From a virus (Duplodnaviria > Caudoviricetes), in IMG/VR virus record IMGVR_UViG_3300025372_000028, positions 1 to 30,265 of that record: a DNA stretch of 30,265 bases; one strand, written 5' to 3'. Under the pieces are notes generated by a model. The model did no database searches and was not told the origin of the DNA. It saw nothing but the letters and a program-made list of their open reading frames with translations. The position numbers were made by a program, and so were the translations under genes. Below, piece by piece: positions 9,620 through 18,347 of this stretch. Each line of letters begins with the position of its first letter. The first letter of the stretch is position 1.

Positions 9620-11853
9620 CACTTCACCTTTTTATGTGAATTATAGTAATCCGTAATCACTTGATCCGAAACATTTTCGTAACCCGGTTGCCCTTTAACG
9701 TATTGTTTATAATCCAGTAAAGACATCGATTCCGGTATATCCGTGGATGCCGTTGCAGGTGCCGCCGCAGGTGCCGCCGCAGGTGCCGCCGCAGGTGCCG
9801 CCGCAGTTGCAACTGGCGTTACATTGGTAAAACCTTCATTGGTTTGATTGGATTCACCTTTTTGTCCCGTTTTAGCTTCAATAATTTCTTTTGGGACACC
9901 CAGATCATCGCCGTACATTTGCAAAGCACTAGCGCCAAGAAGTGACCCAAACGCCGCTGAACCAGTTTTTTCGTCTCTGCGCGTTCCGATAATATATTGA
10001 TTTTGAAGCGCCTTAGCTTTTTCTGCGGCGTATTTTTTAAGAATTTTCATATTTTCTTTATTAATTGAAACTGCGCCTGTTGGATCAATTAACTTTGCAT
10101 AATCTTCGCGGTCTCCGCGTGAACCCGGACCCATGTTAATAAATTTAGCAAGTTCGTCCGTTGTAATTTTACCGCCCGCAACAACATCTTGTGTTGCCAA
10201 ATCAGGATCAGCCAACAACCGCATAACAGCGTTAGCCAATTTGTTGACTTGTGCTTGATCTGTCGTATCCAACGAATTGATCAGCTTGTCCATTTCTCCT
10301 AAATGGCCTGACAACGCATTAAGAGAAATAAGTTGTTTACCAGCATATGTGTTGCCAGAACGCCACTCTTGATCAATTTTTTGAGCGTTTTTGTATTGAT
10401 CAGGATTAAAATTTGGATTCAATTTTAAAACGCGCGCAAGCGTTGCGTCATAAAGTTTTTCTGAACCTTCTCTGCCTGTACGTGCGGGCATTGCGGTTTT
10501 GTAAAGTGCAATTTCATTGTCCGCAATGGCTTGATCCGATTTTTCGTCAGGCGTTAATTCATTTTTGGCTTCTCTATCTACCAATTTTAAAAGTTCTTTT
10601 TGAGCCAGAATTGATCCGGCTTCTGCTTCCATCTGCAAACGCACGCGCGCATTGGCGTTTTTATACTCGTCTTTATTATGTAATTCTTTTAATCTTCCTT
10701 GTACTAAAGCATTTTGTGTTGCTTGAGTTTTCCACCATTTTTCTGCTTTTGGGCTGCCTGAAGCTGCTACATACGCAGCAATATCTTCAGGGTCCGCTTT
10801 CATTAATTCTTTAACATCTTTTTCAAATTGCGCGTCAGCGGCAGCTTGGTTTTGTTGAACTTCTATTTTACCGCCTAGCATCTGCGCTTGAAGTGCAGTG
10901 AGCAATTGTCTCTGCGACTCCTGTGTCATTTTCATACCGTTGAGATCAGATTTATCGCTTGCAGCGGCCAGCATTACGTCGTCTTTAAAAGACGTAGCTG
11001 CTGCCGCTATTTCAGCTCTATACGCCGCAAGTTCTTCTGAAGTAATTGTCTTTTGTGCAAGTTGACGTTCTTTTAAACCTTTTAAAAGTTCGTCATAACG
11101 TTTGGTTTGAAATTCTTGCGCTTTGACAGCGTTTTCGTTTGCTACTTTCCAATTTTCGTACGCTTGTTTTGCCGCAGCCTCGTCACCCTGCTTAAACCCA
11201 TTCATAGCGGCAGCCGCAGCGTTGAGCGCGGCTGTTGCGTGATTACGTACAAACAAAGAACCAAGCATAGCAAATAGCATGGCGGCTGAACCCCACTGTT
11301 CAACCAAGCTGGTTGGTTTAGGGGGTTTGTATTCTACAGGTTTAAAATCTTTATATAGTTTTTGTATTTCTGACTGTTCTTTTTCAGACGCAGCATTAAA
11401 AGCTTTTTGTTCTTGTAAAATACGATCTATGTTTTTTTGTGCATCTTCTACAGTTTGATCGGCTTTTGTTCTGGATTCTTTAAGATAAGATTTCCAATCA
11501 ATTTTATCTGTTTCATCTGCCGCTGGCTTTGCTGTAGCCGCCGATTCAGGCGTTTCTAAAACAGTTTTTACGCTTAGCGGTTTTTTTGGAGCAACAAAGG
11601 GTGCCGCCGGTGTAGCCGCTGCCGCAATAGGCGAAGTAGCCGTAGGTTGAAGCGGCGAAGGCGCACCTGACCCCTGACCAATAATCGGGTTATTTTTAAT
11701 AAATTCTTGTTGTTTTGCAGGAGAAAATTTATCTAAATCGTTTTGTTCTCTGGCGTTTCCAACAGTTGGACCTACATCGCCTGGGTTCTGGCCCTTATCT
11801 GGATCAGAATCAGTTCTAGCGTCTTCAAAAATTGTTTGTAATGAGCGAGCCAT
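9619..11853 (-). CDS. Internal virion/DNA-ejection protein (744 aa)
   Basis: Coiled-coil rich with one hydrophobic stretch (WGSAAMLFAMLGSLF). Lies in the ejection-protein cluster. Confidence 0.7.
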   Translation of the reverse strand: MARSLQTIFEDARTDSDPDKGQNPGDVGPTVGNAREQNDLDKFSPAKQQEFIKNNPIIGQGSGAPSPLQPTATSPIAAAATPAAPFVAPKKPLSVKTVLETPESAATAKPAADETDKIDWKSYLKESRTKADQTVEDAQKNIDRILQEQKAFNAASEKEQSEIQKLYKDFKPVEYKPPKPTSLVEQWGSAAMLFAMLGSLFVRNHATAALNAAAAAMNGFKQGDEAAAKQAYENWKVANENAVKAQEFQTKRYDELLKGLKERQLAQKTITSEELAAYRAEIAAAATSFKDDVMLAAASDKSDLNGMKMTQESQRQLLTALQAQMLGGKIEVQQNQAAADAQFEKDVKELMKADPEDIAAYVAASGSPKAEKWWKTQATQNALVQGRLKELHNKDEYKNANARVRLQMEAEAGSILAQKELLKLVDREAKNELTPDEKSDQAIADNEIALYKTAMPARTGREGSEKLYDATLARVLKLNPNFNPDQYKNAQKIDQEWRSGNTYAGKQLISLNALSGHLGEMDKLINSLDTTDQAQVNKLANAVMRLLADPDLATQDVVAGGKITTDELAKFINMGPGSRGDREDYAKLIDPTGAVSINKENMKILKKYAAEKAKALQNQYIIGTRRDEKTGSAAFGSLLGASALQMYGDDLGVPKEIIEAKTGQKGESNQTNEGFTNVTPVATAAAPAAAPAAAPAAAPATASTDIPESMSLLDYKQYVKGQPGYENVSDQVITDYYNSHKKVK
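9755..9806. repeat. Four perfect 12-bp tandem repeats (gcaggtgccgcc) encoding AAPA
   Basis: Units at 9755, 9767, 9779 and 9791 plus a partial unit. Confidence 0.95.
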
Positions 11854-11859
11854 GGCTGT

Positions 11860-13305
11860 TTAACCCACTGATGTTGGTGTTTGTGCTTTGGCGTATCCAC
11901 CTGCCATAGCGTTTGTAAAGCCCGCCATCGCGTTGCTCATGGCCGTATCTTGTGCCACCGATTGTGCCATCAAGTTTTGATACATACCAGAAGCAAATTG
12001 TTGTTCGCTGACACCTGTTTGCAACAATTGAGAAGCAATTGTTGCGCCTTGAGAAACGGTTGTGTAAGCCAAATTAGAAAGATCGTTCATTTCAGCCGAC
12101 GATCCGCTCATACCCATGTTGGCGTAACGCGACCGAATTGCGGCGGCAGCGGCGTCGTGAGCCGATGATAAAGCGGCATCCATTCCGGGAGGCAACGTTC
12201 CAGAAGTAAGGTAGCCTTGAAGTTGGGCGCCTTGCGCTTGCAATTGTGCGGCAGCGTCTTGAACGTTTTGTTGAAATTCAGGTTTTTGATTACCTTTCAA
12301 CATATTGTACGCCAGACCTGCGCCAGCCAAACCAAGCGAACCGTAGTCTTTAAGAAAGCTACCAATATTAAAACCTTCACCGCCAGCACCTGTCGCGCCT
12401 TTAACCAAAGTGCTTGTTCCGCCGGGGCTGCTTAAAGCGTCTGTTGTTGGTGTAATAGTTTCTGCGGGAGCTGTTGTTACGGGTGGCGTAGCAGCAGGTG
12501 CCGGTGCCGGTGCCGGTTCTGCCGGTGCTGCCGGTGCCGTTGTTGTTACAGGTGCTTGATCTACCGCTGTATTAGTTACCGCTTGAGACCCTAATCTAGC
12601 CGTATCTTTGAGATTTGAAGCTATTTGTCCTTGTGTTCCGCCAAACGTTTGTTCGGCAGAAGACGTTGCATCGTTTAGCGTCGGGGTTAATGGCGACAGC
12701 GGGGCGTTACCGGCTAACGCATCACCAACTGCCGTACCAGAAGACCCTAAAGACCCTGCACCCGCTAAAGGGCTGGTGGCCGGAATAGGCGTTCCGGCAG
12801 CGGACTGTTGAATAGGTAAATAACTAAGATCAGTTGATTCAGTAACCGGAAGTGTACTGGCCGCGGCTTCCGTTGTAGGGGCCACGCTGCTTGCAACACT
12901 TCCAATGCCCGTAGTAACCGGACTTGTTCCCGCCAAAGCGTTTCCTGCGGCTGTACCGGAAGAACCTAAAGCGCCCGCTCCAGCCGCAGCGTCGCCAGCT
13001 GTTACAGGCGCTCCGGCAGCGCTGGTTTGGATCGGCAAATACGATAAATCAGCGGCGGTCGGTGCAACACTACCTGCAACTCCCGATATATCCGCTGCAA
13101 GATTTGAAGCTCCCGCCGCAGTTCCCGCAGCCGCCGTTTCTGCCGCAGTCACGGCGTCACCAGCAGCAGTATATTCAATTGGTAAATAAGAGAGGTCAGT
13201 TGCAGCCGTTGCTGCCGCCGCCTCACCACCAAACCCAAGAGCGCCGCCTATAGCAGCGCCGACATCTTCAACAACGGGAAATAAAAGTGCCGCTGACGCG
13301 CCCAT
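11860..13305 (-). CDS. Pilot/DNA-transfer-like internal virion protein (481 aa)
   Basis: N-terminal GAAIGGALG glycine zipper, Ala/Thr/Pro low-complexity body and a Gln/Ala-rich helical C-terminal third (RYANMGMSGSS). It is the first gene after the GNAT, as for podovirus ejection proteins. Confidence 0.65.
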   Translation of the reverse strand: MGASAALLFPVVEDVGAAIGGALGFGGEAAAATAATDLSYLPIEYTAAGDAVTAAETAAAGTAAGASNLAADISGVAGSVAPTAADLSYLPIQTSAAGAPVTAGDAAAGAGALGSSGTAAGNALAGTSPVTTGIGSVASSVAPTTEAAASTLPVTESTDLSYLPIQQSAAGTPIPATSPLAGAGSLGSSGTAVGDALAGNAPLSPLTPTLNDATSSAEQTFGGTQGQIASNLKDTARLGSQAVTNTAVDQAPVTTTAPAAPAEPAPAPAPAATPPVTTAPAETITPTTDALSSPGGTSTLVKGATGAGGEGFNIGSFLKDYGSLGLAGAGLAYNMLKGNQKPEFQQNVQDAAAQLQAQGAQLQGYLTSGTLPPGMDAALSSAHDAAAAAIRSRYANMGMSGSSAEMNDLSNLAYTTVSQGATIASQLLQTGVSEQQFASGMYQNLMAQSVAQDTAMSNAMAGFTNAMAGGYAKAQTPTSVG

Positions 13306-13772
13306 TAGTTTAACCTTTTTTCCAATCCGCTTTCGACAGTCTTGTACTTTTCACGCCGAAGGACAAGCCCCAAAGCTGGATGTGCTACTTTAACATTAAC
13401 GTGCACCACATGAATACCACGAGCTTGCAAATCTTGCTCCCAAAATTGGACCAGATTTGTACCAATTTTTCCGTCTCGGTAATCAGGGTGAACCCAAATA
13501 ATATCGTTTGCCGCCCATGAATGGCCTTTGTAATGCAAATGTTTCCGCAAAATAAAGACGGCATAGCCGACCAGTTTGTCATAATCGTTACGAACCGTGT
13601 AAATGGTTAACATCCCGATTTTTTCTAATTGTTCGTAAGCCGCCCAATCAGGATCGAGCGGAATATCTTGCCAAACAGCAATCTCTTCCCAATGTGCGGC
13701 AATAAGATCACCGCATTGGTCTTTTACATCGGCCAGCTTCTCGATGTTTAATTTAAGCAAACTATCCCCCAA
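13305..13772 (-). CDS. GNAT-family acetyltransferase-like protein (155 aa)
   Basis: KLVGYAVF...IWVHPDYRDGKIGTNLV is the acetyl-CoA-binding motif A (V.P.yRg.GiG..L). Its position between nozzle and ejection genes is common in podoviruses. Confidence 0.85.
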   Translation of the reverse strand: MGDSLLKLNIEKLADVKDQCGDLIAAHWEEIAVWQDIPLDPDWAAYEQLEKIGMLTIYTVRNDYDKLVGYAVFILRKHLHYKGHSWAANDIIWVHPDYRDGKIGTNLVQFWEQDLQARGIHVVHVNVKVAHPALGLVLRREKYKTVESGLEKRLN

Positions 13773-14100
13773 TGCCTAAAATTTGTTCCGCGTTTTGGTG
13801 TTCTTCGTAATTTAAACTGATCCAGGCGTCTAATTGTTTAGGGTCAGTAATATCGATATCCAACAAATCAGACGACTGAGATTTTATCACCCCGTTCATA
13901 TCCGTGTGCAAAGATGCGTTATTCTGCAAAAATTGCTGAAGACTGTTTTCGTTTATCGGGTCAATAATATAATCAGTCAGGTTAACACCGTATTTTTTTA
14001 AAATAGCGGCGCGGATTCTATCGTGGCTGTCTCGATGGTCATATGAAAACTGGCGCCATTCGGCATCAGTTCTCGGAACATTCAATAAAGCCGCTAACAT
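13762..14100 (-). CDS. Hypothetical protein (112 aa)
   Basis: Start overlaps the upstream stop (TAATG). It has regularly spaced His residues (HRDSH, LH, EH). Confidence 0.75.
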   Translation of the reverse strand: MLAALLNVPRTDAEWRQFSYDHRDSHDRIRAAILKKYGVNLTDYIIDPINENSLQQFLQNNASLHTDMNGVIKSQSSDLLDIDITDPKQLDAWISLNYEEHQNAEQILGIGG

Positions 14101-14321
14101 TATTCACCGGTACGGTTCGAGCGACCAGCTGGACGCGTTGCGTCAGGTTGCAATTGCGGCATATTAAAATCACCGAACATGGGTTTGTTCCAGCCGGTAC
14201 CTTCCCAATGAGCGGTGCCGTTAGGTGTTTGAGCTGTAAACCCCAAAGGGTTCTCGCCATCTTGAATAATGCTTTCAAAATGCAGCTTCTCTTTTGTTTG
14301 AAGCGTCTTTGCCTTTGCCAT
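14100..14321 (-). CDS. Hypothetical protein (73 aa)
   Basis: AGGAG lies 6 nt before the ATG, and the stop is coupled to the next start. Confidence 0.75.
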   Translation of the reverse strand: MAKAKTLQTKEKLHFESIIQDGENPLGFTAQTPNGTAHWEGTGWNKPMFGDFNMPQLQPDATRPAGRSNRTGE

Positions 14322-14333
14322 GCGAAACTCCTA

Positions 14334-17111
14334 TCAGTAAGAGGCTACAACTTCAGAGTAGCCCATAAGCATATGCCCCACTGTGAAGTCAGGGCTTGTT
14401 GAAGTAAAGCGTAAACCCGCCAACACAAAGCCAGCGCCTTCAAGCGAAGCACCCCAGAAACCGTAATACGGATAGGGTGATTGGAAGTTAGGCTGGACAA
14501 GCGCCACATTGTATGTACCACTTTGTAGGCTTGGCTGAAAGGCATTTTGTAAGGCGATGCCAGATACCGACAGCAAGAAAGTGCCGGTAATTCCAGAAAG
14601 GCTCGATGAATTGTCCGTCGCTTGCATATAAACTGCGAGCGCCTGTTTTTGAATGAACATTTTATCCGCGCCATAGAGTTTGGTGTCTATGCGCTTAGGT
14701 AATGTGGCGGATGGGGTGTAGAATAATGGGTACAGGCCCGCACCATCGGTTCCCCAAGCTTGGTAGTTACTGCCTACTTTTTGAGCGGCAATAAAAGTCA
14801 AGTTCAAAGATTGGCTAGCGACAGTCCATTCTTTTTCGTTCCAAAGTAGCATGACATTTCGCGCTACTTGAGTGTCTGGATCAATCAAAGTGACAAAATA
14901 GACGTAATGTTTAACGTCATAAATTGTCGCTATTGCTGCCGAAGGCGTAACACCGCCAGACGACGGATACACCGCATTAGTAAAAATCTGTTGAATTTTA
15001 GTCGATACGTTAGCCAACGAACCGCCGTATAGACCAAATACGCCTAGTTCGTTTGAAATAATAATAGATTTACCAAAATCTTGAATGGCGTCACGGAAAC
15101 TGAGGCCAGCTTGTGGATCAACGTTTTGGTAATTGTAAGTCGTAACCGTCGGCGCACCAGCCGTATTAACGTTAGACACAACCGATACCGAACCGTTACC
15201 GAAGAAATACAGATAGCCGGACGATTGGCGAACACCAATGTAGCTTGTTTGCAAGAACGCGTCGGTGTTGACTGCCGATCCACCGCCATCTGACGATGCA
15301 AAGTCAGATATTGATCCGGGGGCGCTGTAGAACCACAAATTGCCAGGCGGCGTGGTTGAATATTGTTGCGTTGCCGGATTAATAATCCAAACGCGCGACA
15401 AATACGTTTCCATAGCCGAACCGGAAATTCCGTAAGGCATAAGGGTAACTGTGGCCGCTGCCGAGTTGTTTGCTCCGGCTGTTACCACAACTGCGGGGGC
15501 GGACGTATAGAACCGTCCTGTGGCTGACACGGTAACAGACGCAATAGATGTTGGATTGAGCAAAGTTGTTCCGCCCGCGCCCGCTCCGCCGCCACCTGTA
15601 AATACGACTTGAACCGATGCCGTGATGTTTGATCCGGCGTTGGTAATTGTTACCGAACCTACGGAAGAACCGACCATGTTGGCAGTTGCAGTAGGTAAAG
15701 TTGCGCCAGTTCCGCCACCTGTGAAACTTACACTTGGAGCCGAGGTATAACCTGAACCACCCGCAGTTACTTGAACACTGGCAACGCTTGTTGCTGTCAA
15801 AACCGCAATACCGGTAGCCCCTGCACCGCCGCCGCCTTTAAACGTAATAAGCGGAACAGACGTGTATCCGGTACCGCCGTTAACCACCGTTACCAAAGCA
15901 ACGCCCGCCGGAGCAAGAACTGGTTGCACAGTCGCGCCTGATCCGCCTGTACCCGTAATAGTCGCGGACGGCGCTGTGGTGTAGCCTGAACCACCATTGG
16001 TGATTGTCACGCCCGTAATTAAGCCCGCGCCTGTGATGACCGCGGTTGCTGAACCACCTGTACCGCCACCAGACGTAAAACTCATGGTAGGTGCGGAAGT
16101 GTAGCCTGTACCGCCATTTGTAATCAGAATAGAAACAATGGCTCCGCTAACGGCGGTTGCAATTGCTGCCGCGCCTGTTCCGCCGCCGCCCGAAAAACCA
16201 ACCGCAAACGAGTTTGCATAGCCCGTACCGCCAACAAGGCTGGTGTAGCTTGTGACGCTACCTGTGCTTATGATAACTGTACCAGCAGCACCAGATCCAC
16301 CGCCACCGGAAAAACTGATTGATGCCGCAGTATAACCCGAACCAGCAGCCGTTACCGAAACGCCGCCGACCGAGCCGCTTGAGAGATTTGCTGTCAACTG
16401 CGCCGACGTGTTTGACCCGCCACCCGAAAAAGCCAACTGCACAACGTCTCCCGGATTATAGCCCGTTCCGGGGTTAGTGATGTTCACTTCAGCGATGCTG
16501 CCGTTGTTAATAACGGAACTGAACGTCATGCCGCTTCCACTACCGCCATAAGCTGTGATGGTAGGAGAACTGGAATAAGAAGAACCAACAGAAGTTAGGA
16601 CAACGCCCTGCGGAGCAGCTGTACCCGCGCCGTACAAAAGCGTTCCGTCCCACGCCCAATAATCGTTGGTTGTGTTGCGGTTGGAAATCAAAAGATAGGT
16701 AGAACCCCACTGACGCGCAAACGGTAAATATCCGGTCGAGGACGTATAGAAAGTTCCAGACGGTCCTATGGTTGTTTGAACCAATGTTGCCATGTTCAAC
16801 TGAATTGCGGAACCGTCAGATAGAAAAATGGCGCAATATTGGGTTGTAGCTAGGGTATAGAACCGAAAATACACAATGGTTTTGCCCGACGGGGCTGTGT
16901 ATGCCGCTGGCCCTTTATCACCAAGCGCACGCAGTCGTCCGTTGCCAAGACGCACAAAATTTTCAACCCAAGTAAATTCTTGATCTTCAATAGCGTGCGG
17001 CGCGTCTTGGGCGTTGATACCCTTGAAAGGAAACGGAGTGTAAACCTTAAAGCCGGGCGGCAGCCCTAAAGCTTGACCAGCTTTACCGGAGATTTCAGGA
17101 TTGGATGCCAT
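14334..17111 (-). CDS. Tail nozzle/tubular protein B-like with a large Gly-rich repeat insertion (925 aa)
   Basis: N-terminal PFKGIN...IEDQEFTWVENF, then RVWI...WFYSAPG...DF and YLYFFG beta-propeller-type motifs, as in P22 gp10/T7 gp12-like proteins. Lies two genes after the adaptor. Confidence 0.7.
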   Translation of the reverse strand: MASNPEISGKAGQALGLPPGFKVYTPFPFKGINAQDAPHAIEDQEFTWVENFVRLGNGRLRALGDKGPAAYTAPSGKTIVYFRFYTLATTQYCAIFLSDGSAIQLNMATLVQTTIGPSGTFYTSSTGYLPFARQWGSTYLLISNRNTTNDYWAWDGTLLYGAGTAAPQGVVLTSVGSSYSSSPTITAYGGSGSGMTFSSVINNGSIAEVNITNPGTGYNPGDVVQLAFSGGGSNTSAQLTANLSSGSVGGVSVTAAGSGYTAASISFSGGGGSGAAGTVIISTGSVTSYTSLVGGTGYANSFAVGFSGGGGTGAAAIATAVSGAIVSILITNGGTGYTSAPTMSFTSGGGTGGSATAVITGAGLITGVTITNGGSGYTTAPSATITGTGGSGATVQPVLAPAGVALVTVVNGGTGYTSVPLITFKGGGGAGATGIAVLTATSVASVQVTAGGSGYTSAPSVSFTGGGTGATLPTATANMVGSSVGSVTITNAGSNITASVQVVFTGGGGAGAGGTTLLNPTSIASVTVSATGRFYTSAPAVVVTAGANNSAAATVTLMPYGISGSAMETYLSRVWIINPATQQYSTTPPGNLWFYSAPGSISDFASSDGGGSAVNTDAFLQTSYIGVRQSSGYLYFFGNGSVSVVSNVNTAGAPTVTTYNYQNVDPQAGLSFRDAIQDFGKSIIISNELGVFGLYGGSLANVSTKIQQIFTNAVYPSSGGVTPSAAIATIYDVKHYVYFVTLIDPDTQVARNVMLLWNEKEWTVASQSLNLTFIAAQKVGSNYQAWGTDGAGLYPLFYTPSATLPKRIDTKLYGADKMFIQKQALAVYMQATDNSSSLSGITGTFLLSVSGIALQNAFQPSLQSGTYNVALVQPNFQSPYPYYGFWGASLEGAGFVLAGLRFTSTSPDFTVGHMLMGYSEVVASY

Positions 17112-17340
17112 GTTGTTCCCTTACAGCGGCGAACGTCGCCATTAAAGAACTAACTTCTTTGCCTGTTGATTCGCTGACGCGGCCATTTTGATTGGATGAT
17201 CCGAGTTCAATCAAAGTGTCGAGCAATAAAACAAGTGAAGCGGTTCTGACTGAACTGTTCTCTTGTGTACGATCAAGACCGCCCAACACAACGCGAGCGA
17301 GAGCGACAGTAGATGCAACGTGGTCGTGGATACCAGACAT
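17095..17340 (-). CDS. Hypothetical protein (81 aa)
   Basis: AGGA RBS. It fills the gap between adaptor and nozzle, overlapping the latter by 17 nt. Confidence 0.65.
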   Translation of the reverse strand: MSGIHDHVASTVALARVVLGGLDRTQENSSVRTASLVLLLDTLIELGSSNQNGRVSESTGKEVSSLMATFAAVREQHGIQS

Positions 17341-17352
17341 CTTAATATCCTA

Positions 17353-18270
17353 TTATGGCCCAGACCGATAATAGCCAGGTGTTTTACCGCGATCAACTGC
17401 CACACGCGCAACACCAAGGCTGTCGGCAAACCGATCTTCCATGACTTGCGCTTGTGCGTAACGACCGGTTGTTTCAAACGCGATGGCCGCTGCGCCGTAC
17501 TTTAAAGCTTCTTGGAAACCGTCAGGAATGGCGTCGTAATCAGCGTCACTTGTCAAATCAATTGGCGCAGCCGACACATCGAGGTCGATTTCAAGATACT
17601 GTGAAGGAACGGGGAACATCCAGATTTCACCGGTTGGGCCGTCGTTGTAGACAGACCAGACTGCTGGATAGGACATATTCAACACGGAATACGCGCGGCA
17701 ATACGCTTGAAAATCATCCCAAGGAAGCCAATCTAGCGCGGGTTTTGTCGTGCCACCCCAATTCACCGAGCAGGTGATTGAGTCGTAGATATAGGCGGTA
17801 CCTGCGTATTGAGCTTTAAGGAAGTTATTAAAAAACCCTTGATACGGATACCGCTCAACGCCGGGTATGGTCATGCACGAATTGGTCACAGCGCCATAAG
17901 CCGAAGGGAACGGGCCGTTTGGTGAATAGTTAATTGGGTAGTTGGCGTTGTATTGCAGCACGTTGAAATCGGCGTTGTAATCGGTGTTAAAATCACCGTT
18001 TTTACCTGTTGTTCCTGCCGCGGTATTTGAACCCGCAAACGGATTTGGTAACGCGCCGGGCTGGGCAGCGGTCGGAATGGCGCTACCAGAAACCGCCGAA
18101 GCACCAAAAGCCGATTGACCTGAAATCAACCGACGGATGCAACCTGTACGCTTTGCCGCATTTTTACGCGCTGTGTTGACCCAACGCGTCAATTGAGGTT
18201 GCGAAATGAACGTGTAATTTTGATCGTTCAGTAGCGCCGAAGTGTCGTTAAGAAGCTGACTGAGTGACAT
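17353..18270 (-). CDS. Head-tail adaptor/tubular protein A-like (305 aa)
   Basis: N-terminal helices (LSQLLNDTSALLND...LTRWVNTA), IWMFPVP and IPDGFQEALKYGAA are typical of adaptor proteins. It follows the capsid genes. Confidence 0.7.
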   Translation of the reverse strand: MSLSQLLNDTSALLNDQNYTFISQPQLTRWVNTARKNAAKRTGCIRRLISGQSAFGASAVSGSAIPTAAQPGALPNPFAGSNTAAGTTGKNGDFNTDYNADFNVLQYNANYPINYSPNGPFPSAYGAVTNSCMTIPGVERYPYQGFFNNFLKAQYAGTAYIYDSITCSVNWGGTTKPALDWLPWDDFQAYCRAYSVLNMSYPAVWSVYNDGPTGEIWMFPVPSQYLEIDLDVSAAPIDLTSDADYDAIPDGFQEALKYGAAAIAFETTGRYAQAQVMEDRFADSLGVARVAVDRGKTPGYYRSGP

Positions 18271-18290
18271 ACAAACCGCCCAAATAAGTT

Positions 18291-18326
18291 AAAGCCCGCA
18301 CCCGCGTCACCGCAAGCACGGGCTTT
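18291..18326 (-). terminator. 16-bp RNA hairpin after the capsid/decoration genes (terminator-like or processing site)
   Basis: Minus-strand RNA AAAGCCCGUGCUUGCG-GUGA-CGCGGGUGCGGGCUUU pairs fully using four G-U pairs and has a GNRA loop. The U-tract is weak. Confidence 0.7.
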
Positions 18327-18347
18327 TATTTAATCAGCTACTAGCTA

